Shown here: positions 17,643-27,890 of the stretch, one piece after another
How positions within the stretch are numbered: position 1 is the stretch's first letter
How the letters are laid out: each line of letters starts with the position of its first letter
Source: an uncultured Propionibacteriaceae bacterium
Lineage (GTDB): Bacteria; Actinomycetota; Actinomycetes; Propionibacteriales; Propionibacteriaceae
Direction: 5' to 3'
Assembly (NCBI GenBank): GCA_963547335.1
Contig: CAUUQR010000002.1
Location: forward strand, 1,182 to 65,181
Length of the DNA: 64,000 bases
The notes under the pieces: generated by a model
Databases searched by the model: none
Told to the model about the DNA's origin: nothing
The model's input: only the letters and a program-made list of their open reading frames with translations
Translations under genes and position numbers: made by a program

Positions 17643-20192
17643 GTGCGTGCATTCCGACGATTCACAGTTCACCCCGTGCTGCCCGAGCGAATCTCCAAGC
17701 TCGATGCCCTCGCGAAAAACCTCCGCTGGTCCTGGCACCAGGAAACCCAGGACCTGTTCCGCGCCATCGACCCCAAGCTCTGGGAGGAGGTGGGAGAGGA
17801 CCCGGTGAAGCTGCTTTCCGCAGTGAAAGGCGACCGTGTCCAGCAACTCGCCGCTGACCAGGTCTTCGTCCGCAACGTGGAGCTCCTTCACGACGACCTG
17901 ACCAACTATCTCTCCGCCGACCTGTGGTTCCAGCGTTACGCGAAAGAGCACAGCGATGCTCCTGCGGGCATCGGCTATTTCTCCGCAGAGTTCGGTGTCA
18001 CTCAGGTTCTTCCCCAGTACTCGGGTGGCTTGGGGATCCTCGCAGGTGATCACCTCAAGGCTGCCTCGGATCTGGGACTGCCGCTCGTCGGCGTCGGACT
18101 GCTATACCGCTGCGGCTACTTCCGGCAGTCGCTGAACGCCGCTGGCTGGCAGCAGGAGCGCTATCCGGTGCTCTCCTCCAATGAGCTTCCCGTGACGCGT
18201 CTGCTTGATGCATCCGGGAACCCCCAGGAGATCAGCGTCAACGTCGGCGGACGTGAAGTGTACGCCTCCATCTGGGTGGCCTCCGTCGGGCGCATCCCCC
18301 TGCTGATGCTGGACACCGACCGCGACGACAACGACCCAGAGGCCCGCAACATCACCGACCGTCTCTATGGCGGCGGCACCGAGCACCGGCTCGCACAGGA
18401 GGTTGTCCTCGGTATCGGCGGCATCCGGGCGCTGCGCCGATACTGCGAGATCAGCGGACGTCCCCAGCCCGATGTCTACCACTGCAATGAGGGGCACGCC
18501 GGCTTCCTGGGATTCGAGCGCATCCGGGAATACCGCGCCGCCGGGTATGACCTGCAGACCGCCATCGAGCTCACCCGAGCCGGCACCGTCTTCACCACCC
18601 ACACCCCGGTGCCGGCAGGCATCGACCGCTTCGACAGGTCACTGATCGAGAGGGAGTTCGCCCACTTCGATCCCGGAGTGCCGCTGGACGCCATCATGTC
18701 CTTCGGCGCGGAGACCTATGAGGGCGGGGACCCATCCCGCTACAACATGGCCGTTCTCGGGTTGAGACTGGGGCAGCGAGCCAACGGCGTCTCGAAGCTG
18801 CACGGTGAGGTCTCCCGAGACATGTTCAACGGCCTGTGGCCAAACTTCGACGCCACGGAGGTCCCGATCGGATCGGTCACCAACGGTGTCCACCACCGGA
18901 CGTGGATCCATCCTGAGCTGCTGGAGATCCTGAAGGCCCACACGGATGACTCCAGCACCGTCATCGACGGCTACGACTGGTCCGCCATCCAGAACGTCGA
19001 CGATGACACCCTGTGGTCGCTCAAGCGGCAGCTGCGGTCGTCGATGATTCACATGGCGCGCAGGCGGCTCGCTGAGTCATGCCGGGCGCGGGGCATCCCG
19101 TCGGATTGGACGGCTGAGGCCCTCAACCCGCGTGTGCTGACTTTGGGATTCGCCAGGCGTGGCGCCTCCTACAAACGTCTCACGCTGATGCTCTCAGACC
19201 CCGAGCGGCTGAAGGCTCTGCTGAACCATCCCACCACCCCCATCCAGATCGTGATCGCGGGCAAGGCCCACCCGGCTGACAACATCGGCAAGTCGCTGAT
19301 CCAGCAGATGGTGCAGTTCTCCGACCAGGAGGATGTGCGTGGCAAGCTGGTGTTCCTGCCCGACTACGACATGTCGCTGGCTCGGCCGCTCTACCCAGGC
19401 TGCGACGTGTGGGTCAACAATCCGCTGCGCCCCTACGAGGCCTGCGGAACCTCCGGCATGAAGGCAGCCTTGAACGGCGCTGCTAACCTGTCGATCCGCG
19501 ACGGCTGGTGGGATGAGCTGTACTCTCCCAAATTCGGCTGGGAGATCCCGTCGGCTGAGGGCATCACGGACCAGGCGGAGCGTGACGCCACCGAGGCCGA
19601 GTTCCTCTACTCGATCATTGAGAACGAGATCATCCCACGGTTCTACACGCTGGATGCCAACGGCAACCCGACCCAGTGGCTTCAGATGATGCGTGACTGC
19701 ATTTCTGTTCTCGGGCCCGAGATCCTGGCATCCAGGATGGTTCGTGACTACGTCACCGACTACTACACCCCGGCGGCCGCCTCGCTTGCCGCACGTGCGG
19801 ATGAACGTGTCGCCTCTGACCTGGCGCAGTGGAGGGAGCGGGTCCGCCGTGACTGGCACTCCCTCCAGGTCGCTGGTCTTGACGTCGGCGTCACCGAGCT
19901 CCTCGAAACTGGAACGGTGCTCCGCCCCACTGTCGACGTGCGCCTCGGGAATCTGAGCGCAGAGGACGTCTCGGTGCAGCTGATCTTCGGTGACGTCGAT
20001 AACGAGGATGTTCTGCATAACATTCGCAAGTATCCGACGGTTCCCGCCGGGGAATCCGATGGGGTGACCCGGTTCGTCGCCGAGGTTCCCACCCGGTATG
20101 CCGGGCAGATCGGCTGCCTGGCTCGCGTGGTACCCTCTCATCCGCTGCTGTCCTCGGATTCGGAGATGGGCCTCGCGACCGTCATCCGCTGA
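17643..20192 (+). CDS. glgP: Alpha-glucan phosphorylase (GT35, actinobacterial DUF3417-type)
   Basis: GTG 17643. The N-terminus reads RFTVHPVLPERISKLDALAKNLRWSWH. The PLP-lysine region is EACGTSGMKAALNGA. Confidence 0.9.
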   Translation: MRAFRRFTVHPVLPERISKLDALAKNLRWSWHQETQDLFRAIDPKLWEEVGEDPVKLLSAVKGDRVQQLAADQVFVRNVELLHDDLTNYLSADLWFQRYAKEHSDAPAGIGYFSAEFGVTQVLPQYSGGLGILAGDHLKAASDLGLPLVGVGLLYRCGYFRQSLNAAGWQQERYPVLSSNELPVTRLLDASGNPQEISVNVGGREVYASIWVASVGRIPLLMLDTDRDDNDPEARNITDRLYGGGTEHRLAQEVVLGIGGIRALRRYCEISGRPQPDVYHCNEGHAGFLGFERIREYRAAGYDLQTAIELTRAGTVFTTHTPVPAGIDRFDRSLIEREFAHFDPGVPLDAIMSFGAETYEGGDPSRYNMAVLGLRLGQRANGVSKLHGEVSRDMFNGLWPNFDATEVPIGSVTNGVHHRTWIHPELLEILKAHTDDSSTVIDGYDWSAIQNVDDDTLWSLKRQLRSSMIHMARRRLAESCRARGIPSDWTAEALNPRVLTLGFARRGASYKRLTLMLSDPERLKALLNHPTTPIQIVIAGKAHPADNIGKSLIQQMVQFSDQEDVRGKLVFLPDYDMSLARPLYPGCDVWVNNPLRPYEACGTSGMKAALNGAANLSIRDGWWDELYSPKFGWEIPSAEGITDQAERDATEAEFLYSIIENEIIPRFYTLDANGNPTQWLQMMRDCISVLGPEILASRMVRDYVTDYYTPAAASLAARADERVASDLAQWRERVRRDWHSLQVAGLDVGVTELLETGTVLRPTVDVRLGNLSAEDVSVQLIFGDVDNEDVLHNIRKYPTVPAGESDGVTRFVAEVPTRYAGQIGCLARVVPSHPLLSSDSEMGLATVIR

Positions 20193-20202
20193 TCATCGTG
20201 AT

Positions 20203-20237
20203 GAACCGGTTCCCGAGCCCTCCTCGGGGACCGGTTC
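20203..20237. terminator. 15-bp-stem hairpin between convergent glgP and glgX
   Basis: GAACCGGTTCCCGAG (20203-20217), loop CCCTC, CTCGGGGACCGGTTC (20223-20237), with one G-U pair. There is no U tract on either strand. Confidence 0.5.
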
Positions 20238-20252
20238 GCGATTGTGGAGCGG

Positions 20253-22385
20253 TCAGGGCATGAGGGACAGAGGCATGCTGAGCAGCTCCGCCGCGGTCCT
20301 TGGAACATCGCAGCTCATCAGCGCGACGCAGCGGCCGGGAAGCGTGATGGTGGCTCCCGGAGCCAAGCCCTCGCGCGGTAATTCGTCCTCGTCCGCGGAA
20401 TGCCAGATGATTCGCAGGCCGGCTGCCCATGGAAGGCATGGCATCGTGATGCTGATGGGCTCGGCACCTGAGTGGAACCAGGCCAGGAAGGCCTCTTTGG
20501 CATCTGAGGTGTACATCCCGAGCAGTCGCCGGGAGCCGTCATGCCAGTCCGGGTCGGTCATCGGCCCGCCCTTTCCATTGAACCAGGCCAGGTCGACCCG
20601 GCCCAGATTCTCACCATGCTCGTTGAATACGTCATGGTGATGCAGGAAACGGTCGGTGCGCAGCAGCGGATGCTCCCGACGTAGCTTGAGCAGCGCCACG
20701 AAGCGCTGACGCATCGTCTCCCAATCCGGTTCGAGATCCCAATGCACCCAGCTGAGGGGCGAGTCCTGGCAGTAGGCATTGTTGTTGCCCTTCTGCGTCC
20801 TGCCGAACTCATCACCAGCCAGGATCATCGGAGTCCCGGACGCCAACAGCTGGGTGGCGTGCATGTTCAGCACCTGCCTGATCCGCAGGGCCCGGATTGC
20901 GGGGTCCTCGGTGTCGCCCTCCACACCGTGGTTCCACGACCGGTTGTGATCGGAGCCATCCCGGTTGCCCTCCCCGTTGGCGGAGTTGTGTTTCACGTCG
21001 TAGCTCACGAGATCTCGAATCGTGAAGCCGTCGTGGGCTGTGACGAAGTTGATCGATGCCTGCGGTGAGCGCCCCTGGGAGTTGTTGAACACGTCTGGTG
21101 AGCCGGCCAGCCGGGTCGCCAGCTCCTGCACGCCGTGGACGTATCCACGCCAGTAGTCACGCACGTGGTCCCGGAAGCGGTCATTCCACTCAGACCAGCC
21201 CTTCCCATAGCCGCCCAGCTGGTAGCCGTAGGGGCCGATGTCCCAGGGCTCGGCAATCAGCTTGACCTGGGACAGCACCGGGTCGGAGTCGATCTCGCGT
21301 TTGAGCGGATGATCGTGGACGACGTGGTGCCGCTCATCACGCAGCAGCGTGGTGGCCAGGTCGAAGCGGAAGCCATCGACTCCCATGTGCTGAACCCAGT
21401 AGCGCAGCGAGTCCATGATGAGCTGCCGGACGGCAGGGGACGAGGTGTTGACGGAGTTCCCACACCCGGTGACGTCGTAGTCATCGCGCAGATCCTCCGT
21501 CAGCCGGTAGTAGCTGGCGTGGTCGATGCCCCGCATCGACAGGGTCGGACCCTCGTGACCGCCTTCCGCTGTGTGGTTGTACACGACGTCGAGGATCACC
21601 TCGATCCCCGCGTCATGCAACGCAGCCACCATTGCCTTGAACTCGGAGACCTGGCTTCCATGAGTGCCTCTGGTCGCGTAGTAGGCGTGGGGGGCGAAGT
21701 AGCTCAGGGTGTTGTATCCCCAATAGTTCCGCAGCCCCTTGTGCGCCACGAAGGGCTCCGAGGCGAAGTGATGGATGGGAAGCAACTCCACGGCGGTGAT
21801 GCCGGTATCGAGAAGATAGGAGATCACATCCGGATAGGCCAAGCCCGCGTAGGAGCCCCGCAGATGCTCGGGCACCAGGGGGTGCATCTTCGTGAAGCCC
21901 CGCAGATGGGTCTCGTAGATCACGGTCTCGGCCATGGGCCGCCTGCCGCCCGCCACGGGGGGAGGCGGCGGGGTGTCGGCGACGACGACTCCCAGCGGCA
22001 CCGTCCCGAACGAATCCGTGGTGTCGGGCCGGAAGTCGTCGCTGGCGATGTGGTCGTGGATGGGGCCCCGGTAGTCGATGCCCCCGCTGACCGCCCGGGC
22101 ATAGGGGTCCAGCAGTAGCCGAGCCGGGTTGAACCGGCGACCGTGCTCCGGTGCCCAGTCGCCGTGAACACGGAATCCATATTCCTGGCCGGCGGTGATG
22201 CCGGGGACGAAAAGCGACCAGACCTGGTGGTCGTCGGGGTCCATCGGGAGGTTCCACTGCCGGTTCATCGCGTCGACCAAGGTCAGCTCGACTCTGGAGG
22301 CGTGCGGTGCCCACAGGCCGAAGCGGACGCCACCGTTCTCGACGTGTGCGCCGAGGCGTCTGCTGTCGAGTGGCTCGGTGAGCAT
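20253..22385 (-). CDS. glgX: Glycogen debranching enzyme
   Basis: ATG 22385 (MLTEPLDSRRLGAHVENGGVRFGLWAP) is preceded by GAAAGG. GH13_11 motifs are YWGYNTLSYFAPH, GFRFDLA, AEPWD and FVTAHDGFT. The upstream 97 codons of the tracked ORF are discounted. Confidence 0.9.
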   Translation of the reverse strand: MLTEPLDSRRLGAHVENGGVRFGLWAPHASRVELTLVDAMNRQWNLPMDPDDHQVWSLFVPGITAGQEYGFRVHGDWAPEHGRRFNPARLLLDPYARAVSGGIDYRGPIHDHIASDDFRPDTTDSFGTVPLGVVVADTPPPPPVAGGRRPMAETVIYETHLRGFTKMHPLVPEHLRGSYAGLAYPDVISYLLDTGITAVELLPIHHFASEPFVAHKGLRNYWGYNTLSYFAPHAYYATRGTHGSQVSEFKAMVAALHDAGIEVILDVVYNHTAEGGHEGPTLSMRGIDHASYYRLTEDLRDDYDVTGCGNSVNTSSPAVRQLIMDSLRYWVQHMGVDGFRFDLATTLLRDERHHVVHDHPLKREIDSDPVLSQVKLIAEPWDIGPYGYQLGGYGKGWSEWNDRFRDHVRDYWRGYVHGVQELATRLAGSPDVFNNSQGRSPQASINFVTAHDGFTIRDLVSYDVKHNSANGEGNRDGSDHNRSWNHGVEGDTEDPAIRALRIRQVLNMHATQLLASGTPMILAGDEFGRTQKGNNNAYCQDSPLSWVHWDLEPDWETMRQRFVALLKLRREHPLLRTDRFLHHHDVFNEHGENLGRVDLAWFNGKGGPMTDPDWHDGSRRLLGMYTSDAKEAFLAWFHSGAEPISITMPCLPWAAGLRIIWHSADEDELPREGLAPGATITLPGRCVALMSCDVPRTAAELLSMPLSLMP

Positions 22386-22495
22386 CCATTGCCTTTCTGT
22401 GTGAGAAAACCTGCTGCAGGGCCGGTCTATAGTGCCATAATTGAGCCTCTCGCAATGGCCAATCGGGGGCCATCGCGCAGCGTTAGTGTTGTGGG

Positions 22496-23599
22496 GTGCA
22501 GAGCTACTTCGATCACGCTGCCACATCCCCCATGCGACCGGAGGCACATGATGTCCTCGTGGGGGAACTCTTAGTCGTCGGCAACCCGTCCTCGCTTCAC
22601 CGCATGGGTCAGCGCGCGCGTCGCAGGCTGGAGGAGGCCAGGGAGGAGCTGGCTGCGGCTGCCGGTGCGAGGCCATCGGAGGTGGTGTTCACCTCAGGTG
22701 GTTCGGAGGCCGACAGCATCGCGGTGCTGGGGTCGATGCGGGCACGTCCCGAACGACCCCGTGCGCTGATGTCCGCGGTTGAGCATCCCGCTGTTTTGGA
22801 GGCCCGCCGTTTCGGGGCGGAGGTCCTGCCGGTCGGGGCTGACGGCGTCATCATCCCGGAGGCCTGGGAGCTGGTGGATCAGCAGGTGGCAGTGGTCTCG
22901 GTGATGGCCGTCAACAACGAGACGGGAGTCACACAGCCCCTCAGCCATGTGGTGGAACAGGCCCGGCGTGTCGGTGCATGGAGCCACAGCGACGCAGTCC
23001 AGGCCTTCGGGCACATACCGCTGAGCTTCGGAGACTCCGGTGTGGACCTCATGAGCCTCTCAGCGCACAAGATCGGCGGGCCTGTCGGCATCGGCGCCCT
23101 GCTGGTGCGCAGAGGAGTCAGCCCATCACCCATCGGCCTAGGAGGCGGGCAGGAAAGCCGAATCCGCTCAGGGACCAACTCAGTTGCGCTGGCGGCCGCC
23201 TTCGGGGCGGCGGCGACGGCGGCGACGGCGCATCTCAATGCTGCAGCCGCCCAGTGGTTGGCCTGGCGGGAACGGCTCCAGGCCCTCGCCGTCCGATGTG
23301 GGGGACGGGTCAACGGGCGGGAGTGCGCACCCCATATCCTCAACGTCACCTTCCCCGGGCTGCGGTCCCAGGATCTGCTGTTCCTCCTCGACAGCGCGGG
23401 GGTCTGCGCCGCCGCCGGTTCGGCATGCCGGGCCGGAGTCAACCAGCCCAGCGAGGTGCTTCTCGCCATGGGGGCATCTGAGGAGGACGCCGCGGCGTGT
23501 CTGCGTCTGTCGTTTGGTCACTCCACCACCTCCGATGAGATTGCGCACCTGGAGGGCGTCCTGCCCGAGGCAGTCGAGCGGGCCCGGGCAGCCAGGTAG
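22496..23599 (+). CDS. Cysteine desulfurase (NifS/IscS-like, class V aminotransferase)
   Basis: It has YFDHAATSP, the PLP-Lys motif SAHKIGGPVGIGAL and the catalytic Cys region AAGSACRAG. It sits immediately upstream of mnmA. Confidence 0.85.
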   Translation: MQSYFDHAATSPMRPEAHDVLVGELLVVGNPSSLHRMGQRARRRLEEAREELAAAAGARPSEVVFTSGGSEADSIAVLGSMRARPERPRALMSAVEHPAVLEARRFGAEVLPVGADGVIIPEAWELVDQQVAVVSVMAVNNETGVTQPLSHVVEQARRVGAWSHSDAVQAFGHIPLSFGDSGVDLMSLSAHKIGGPVGIGALLVRRGVSPSPIGLGGGQESRIRSGTNSVALAAAFGAAATAATAHLNAAAAQWLAWRERLQALAVRCGGRVNGRECAPHILNVTFPGLRSQDLLFLLDSAGVCAAAGSACRAGVNQPSEVLLAMGASEEDAAACLRLSFGHSTTSDEIAHLEGVLPEAVERARAAR

Positions 23600-23632
23600 A
23601 ATTCAGCGGCTGCGCCGGACGAAGGAGGGAAC

Positions 23633-24706
23633 ATGAAGGTGCTGGCTGCCATGTCCGGTGGGGTGGACTCTGCGGTCGCCGCTGCGCGTTTGGTCGCGGC
23701 AGGGCATGATGTGACAGGCGTGCATCTCGCCCTCAACCGCAATCCCCAGCTGTACCGGAGCGGGTCGCGTGGCTGCTGCTCCCTGGAGGACGCGCATGAC
23801 GCCCGCCGCGTCGCAGACCTGCTGGACATCCCCTTCTATGTGTGGGATTTCTCCGAGCAGTTCCAGGCAGAGGTTGTTGAGGACTTCCTGGATGAGTACC
23901 GTGCCGGACGCACCCCGAACCCCTGCCTCAGGTGCAATGAGAAGATCAAATTCGCGGCTGTCCTCGACCGTGGGCGGGCGCTGGGCTTCGACGCCGTCGC
24001 GACCGGTCACTATGCGCGCATTGAGGACAACGATGGCGAACTTGAACTGCACCGCGCAGCCGACCCCGACAAGGACCAGTCCTACGTGCTGGGGGTGCTG
24101 AGCCAGGAGCAGCTGCGTCACTGCCTGTTCCCGCTGGCGGACACCCCCAAACCCCAGGTGCGGGCCGAGGCCGAGGCGCTGGGGCTGAGGGTCGCGTCGA
24201 AACCCGACTCCTACGACATCTGCTTCATCCCCGACGGCGACACCCAGGGATTCCTGAGAGACCACCTGGGGGAAGAGCCCGGGCAGATCGTGGACGAGTC
24301 CGGTCAGGAGCTGGGCAGGCATCGCGGCTATCACGGTTTCACCATCGGCCAGCGCAAGGGACTGGACTTGAGGGTTCCCGCGCCCAGTGGCCAGCCGAGG
24401 TATGTGCTGCGCATCGAGCCGGTGTCCAATCGGGTGGTGGTGGGGGAGCGGGACCGCCTGGCAATCCGTCGTCTGCGGGGAATTCACCTGACCTGGACGC
24501 AGCGTCCGCAGGCCGGTGAATGGCATGGGGAGGTGCAGTACCGGGCCCATGGGGCGGCGCTGCCCGCCAGGATCTCAGCCGGGACGGATGAGATCGACGT
24601 GGAACTGGATGAACCCACACGAGGGGTTGCGCCGGGGCAGTCCATGGTGTTCTTCGAGGGAACGCGCGTCGTGGGTTCCGCCACCATCGCCGAGGCCCAC
24701 GCATGA
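23633..24706 (+). CDS. mnmA: tRNA-specific 2-thiouridylase
   Basis: The RBS AAGGAGGG precedes the start. The PP-loop reads [22 protein letters not shown] and [12 protein letters not shown] motifs are present. Confidence 0.9.
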   Translation: MKVLAAMSGGVDSAVAAARLVAAGHDVTGVHLALNRNPQLYRSGSRGCCSLEDAHDARRVADLLDIPFYVWDFSEQFQAEVVEDFLDEYRAGRTPNPCLRCNEKIKFAAVLDRGRALGFDAVATGHYARIEDNDGELELHRAADPDKDQSYVLGVLSQEQLRHCLFPLADTPKPQVRAEAEALGLRVASKPDSYDICFIPDGDTQGFLRDHLGEEPGQIVDESGQELGRHRGYHGFTIGQRKGLDLRVPAPSGQPRYVLRIEPVSNRVVVGERDRLAIRRLRGIHLTWTQRPQAGEWHGEVQYRAHGAALPARISAGTDEIDVELDEPTRGVAPGQSMVFFEGTRVVGSATIAEAHA

Positions 24707-25683
24707 GGGTCACCGCGGCCGGGTCGTTGCCGGGGGACGACTTTCGTGGTGCGTTGAGCGCCATGACGGAGGCGCTGCCCGAGGTGATGCCCCTGCCTGA
24801 GCTGCCGGCGCGCGGGGTGGGCTCCGACATGGTTGGCAGAGCCCTTGGCGTCATTGATGAGCTGGGCTTCGACCTGCAGCCCGCCGGATGGCGTCTCACA
24901 ACGGCCTCAGGTGCGGACCACCGTCGCGCCAAAGCCCAGTGGCGACGTGACCTGGACGATGCCGAAGAGCTGTTGGCAGGTTTTCAGGGCGTGGTGAAGA
25001 TCGGTCTGGCCGGTCCCTGGACCCTGGCTGCCGCTGTGGAGCGGCCCACAGGGGATCGGCTGCTGGCTGACCATGGTGCCCGTCGTGAGCTGAGCCAGGC
25101 CCTGACTGAGGCCTGGCATCGGCTGGCAGCTGATCTGCGGCGACGCCTTCCCGCCTCCCAGATCCTGCTGCAGGTCGACGAGCCGGCGCTGCTGGCCGTC
25201 GCACATGGCGAGGTGCCGACGGCCTCCGGATTCAGCAGGCACCGGAAAGTCTCTGCGGCGGAGATCGCCGAGGCCCTGCGGTTCCTCGCTCCCGACGCCT
25301 GGCTTCACTGCTGCGCGCCCGGCGACTGGCTCGATCTCGCAGCGCAGGCCGGATTCCAGGTCGCCGCCATCGACACGCGGAACTTTCAGGAGCCCCGCCG
25401 CCTCGATGCGCTCGCCACGTGGGCGCAGGAGGACCGAGGCCTTGTCGCCGGAGTTCTGGACACCTCACGCCACAGGAGTCAGAGCGCCGACGAGCTCGTG
25501 ACTGAGGCCCTGCGTGTCCTTCGTCCCCTGGAGCTTTCCCAGCGGGCACTGGAGCAGCAGATCCTCCTCGGCACAGCCTGCGGCATGGCGGGCTGGCCTC
25601 AACGGAGCGTCACGCCCCAGCTGGCGGCTCTGCGCGGGGCGGCGCCGTTGGTGGCCGAGGCCCTCGCCCAGCAGCGGAGGTAG
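24703..25683 (+). CDS. MetE C-terminal-like / UROD-fold protein (cobalamin-independent methionine synthase family-like)
   Basis: The start forms an ATGA overlap with mnmA. The N-terminus [16 protein letters not shown]...LPELPARG resembles actinobacterial MetE-like conserved proteins. This is a family-level guess only. Confidence 0.45.
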   Translation: MRVTAAGSLPGDDFRGALSAMTEALPEVMPLPELPARGVGSDMVGRALGVIDELGFDLQPAGWRLTTASGADHRRAKAQWRRDLDDAEELLAGFQGVVKIGLAGPWTLAAAVERPTGDRLLADHGARRELSQALTEAWHRLAADLRRRLPASQILLQVDEPALLAVAHGEVPTASGFSRHRKVSAAEIAEALRFLAPDAWLHCCAPGDWLDLAAQAGFQVAAIDTRNFQEPRRLDALATWAQEDRGLVAGVLDTSRHRSQSADELVTEALRVLRPLELSQRALEQQILLGTACGMAGWPQRSVTPQLAALRGAAPLVAEALAQQRR

Positions 25684-25693
25684 AGTTGATGTC

Positions 25694-25924
25694 GTGCGCG
25701 TGACCTCGGATCTCAACCTGAACGGCCCTGCCCCCCTGCGTGCGCAGCCCCAGCTGGGGGAGTGGGGGCCGGAGCTGGTTCCCTCCACCCGATGGAAGAA
25801 ATGGCAGCGCGTCCTAGTGCCCATCATCGCCATCGGCCTGGCGGTCGGCCTGTTCTTCCTGGCCCGCATGTTCTACCTGGCATTGACTGAAGCCAGTCAA
25901 CCCCTCCTGACCTACCTCCCCTGA
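25694..25924 (+). CDS. Small single-pass membrane protein (hypothetical)
   Basis: An in-frame GTG lies 11 nt after the upstream stop. The single hydrophobic helix is VLVPIIAIGLAVGLFFLARMFYL. Confidence 0.35.
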   Translation: MRVTSDLNLNGPAPLRAQPQLGEWGPELVPSTRWKKWQRVLVPIIAIGLAVGLFFLARMFYLALTEASQPLLTYLP

Positions 25925-26084
25925 GATTCATGCGGCAGACCGCGAGGCGGGAGACCGCATCGTGAGGGCTGTCGGCGGCGAGAAACACCCGGCGACTCAA
26001 CCGGCGGGTGGATTCCCCGGGGCGCAGTCTCGGTAGGATTGGCGCGGCCCGCAGACGCGGGACTGATGAGCAGGAGGAGAAACC

Positions 26085-26378
26085 GTGTCCCTGACACCGC
26101 AGGAGGTGGCGCGACTGGCATCGCTGGCCCGGCTTGAGCTGACCGAGCCCGAATGCGCCGAGCTCGCCCCCGAGCTGGACGTGATCCTCGCATCCGTCGC
26201 CCGGGTCGGTGAGGTCGCCCGTGACGACGTTTCCCTGATGACCCACGCCCTGCCGCTGGCCAATGTGATGCGAGCCGATGAGGTCAGGCCCTCCCTTCCA
26301 CAGGAGACGGTCCTGGCAGGCGCCCCGGCAGCCGAGGAGGGGCGTTTCCGGGTGCCCCAGATCCTGAGCGAGGACTGA
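26085..26378 (+). CDS. gatC: Asp/Glu-tRNA amidotransferase subunit C
   Basis: The GTG start is preceded by AGGAGGAG. The N-terminus SLTPQEVARLASLARLELTEPE is typical of GatC, and gatA follows. Confidence 0.9.
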   Translation: MSLTPQEVARLASLARLELTEPECAELAPELDVILASVARVGEVARDDVSLMTHALPLANVMRADEVRPSLPQETVLAGAPAAEEGRFRVPQILSED

Positions 26379-26381
26379 GCC

Positions 26382-27890
26382 ATGACCCTCATCACCCAAC
26401 CTGCCCACGAACTGGCTGGCATGCTGGCCGCAGGTGAGATCTCCTCTGTCGAGCTCACCCAGGCCCACCTTGACCAGATTGAGGCCGTCAACCCCGCGCT
26501 CAACGCCTTTCTGCACGTCGACCATGAGGGGGCGCTGCGAAGCGCGGGGCATGTTGACGAGCGACGCCGCAGGGGCGAGCCGCTGGCCCCGCTCGCCGGG
26601 ATCCCGATCGCTGTCAAGGACAACTTCTGCACCACAGGCCTGCCCACGACGTGCGGCTCGCGCATCCTGGAGGGCTGGATCCCGCCGTATGACGCCACCG
26701 TCATCTCGCGTCTCAAAGCCGCTGGGCTGGTGATTCTGGGCAAGACGAACATGGATGAGTTCGCGATGGGATCATCCACGGAGACCTCGGCCTTCGGGCC
26801 CTCCCGCAACCCGTGGGATCTGGACCGGATTCCCGGCGGCTCCGGAGGAGGATCATCGGCGGCCGTCGCAGGCTGCCTCGCCCCCCTGGGGCTCGGCTCT
26901 GACACGGGGGGGTCGATCCGCCAGCCGGGGGCTGTCACCGGCACCGTCGGGGTGAAGCCCACCTACGGCGGCGTCTCGCGCTACGGGGTTGTCGCCATGG
27001 CCTCAAGCCTGGATCAGCCGGGACCCGTGACACGCACCGTCCTGGATGCTGCCCTGCTGCACGAGGCCATGGGCGGGCACGATCCGATGGACTCCACCTC
27101 CATCTGCGAACCCCTGCCCGCTCTGAGCCAGGCGGCTCGTCGCCGTGACGTCCGGGGGCTGCGCGTCGGCGTTGTCAGGGAGTTCGGGGGTGAGGGCTAT
27201 GACGCGGCCGTTGAGCAGGGATTCGCCGAGGCCGTCGGCTGGCTTCGTGATGGGGGCGCGGAGGTTGTGGAGGTCTCCTGCCCCCACTTCGAATACGCCC
27301 TCAGCGCCTACTACCTGATCATGCCGGCGGAGCTGTCCAGCAACCTGGCCCGTTTCGACGCCGTCCGCTACGGCTTGCGCCTCGGCGACGACGGGTCACG
27401 CGGCATGGAGGCGGTCACCTCCCACACCCGCGGCCAGGGCTTTGGACGGGAGGCCAAACGTCGCCTCATCATCGGCACCTATGCGCTGTCCAGCGGCTAC
27501 CACGACCAGTACTACGGTTCCGCGCAGAAGGTTCGCACCCTCGTCGCCCGTGACTTCGAGTCCGCGTTCACGGCCTGCGACGTCCTGGTGTCGCCGACCA
27601 CCCCCACCGTCGCCTTCCGCATCGGGGAGCGCACCAGCGACCCGATGGCGATGTACAAGGCAGATCTCTGCACGATCCCCTCCAACCTGGCGGGCAACGC
27701 ATCCGCGAGCTTTCCCGTGGGACTCAGCCCCGAGGGCCTCCCCGTGGGGCTGCAGGTCATCGCCCCGCCGATGGCCGATGACCGGCTCTACCAGGTCGGC
27801 GGTTTCCTTGAGGCGGTGCTGGAGGACAGGACCGGCGGTCCGCTGCTGCGGAAAGCCCAGAAACTGACCGGATCGAAGGCGGTGTGGTGA
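26382..27890 (+). CDS. gatA: Asp/Glu-tRNA amidotransferase subunit A
   Basis: The amidase signature is [12 protein letters not shown]...[12 protein letters not shown]. Confidence 0.95.
   Translation: MTLITQPAHELAGMLAAGEISSVELTQAHLDQIEAVNPALNAFLHVDHEGALRSAGHVDERRRRGEPLAPLAGIPIAVKDNFCTTGLPTTCGSRILEGWIPPYDATVISRLKAAGLVILGKTNMDEFAMGSSTETSAFGPSRNPWDLDRIPGGSGGGSSAAVAGCLAPLGLGSDTGGSIRQPGAVTGTVGVKPTYGGVSRYGVVAMASSLDQPGPVTRTVLDAALLHEAMGGHDPMDSTSICEPLPALSQAARRRDVRGLRVGVVREFGGEGYDAAVEQGFAEAVGWLRDGGAEVVEVSCPHFEYALSAYYLIMPAELSSNLARFDAVRYGLRLGDDGSRGMEAVTSHTRGQGFGREAKRRLIIGTYALSSGYHDQYYGSAQKVRTLVARDFESAFTACDVLVSPTTPTVAFRIGERTSDPMAMYKADLCTIPSNLAGNASASFPVGLSPEGLPVGLQVIAPPMADDRLYQVGGFLEAVLEDRTGGPLLRKAQKLTGSKAVW

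Noticed and set aside
15458-17857. 799-aa plus-strand ORF covering the whole glgE region
   Set aside because: It is antisense to a gene with unmistakable GlgE motifs. The product is Arg/Gly/Pro/Val-rich with no recognisable motif. This is the typical stop-codon-poor antisense frame of high-G+C DNA.
22386-22676. N-terminal 97-codon extension of the glgX ORF
   Set aside because: The extension is Pro/Arg-rich and unlike GlgX. An ATG at 22385 with an upstream GAAAGG gives the canonical GlgX N-terminus. The extension would also run into the divergent cysteine desulfurase gene.
23180-23245. GC-rich near-repeat GCGGCGGCGACGGCGGCGACGGCG
   Set aside because: It lies inside the cysteine desulfurase gene and encodes an Ala/Thr-rich loop (AAFGAAATAATAH). 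This is simple codon repetition, not a repeat element.
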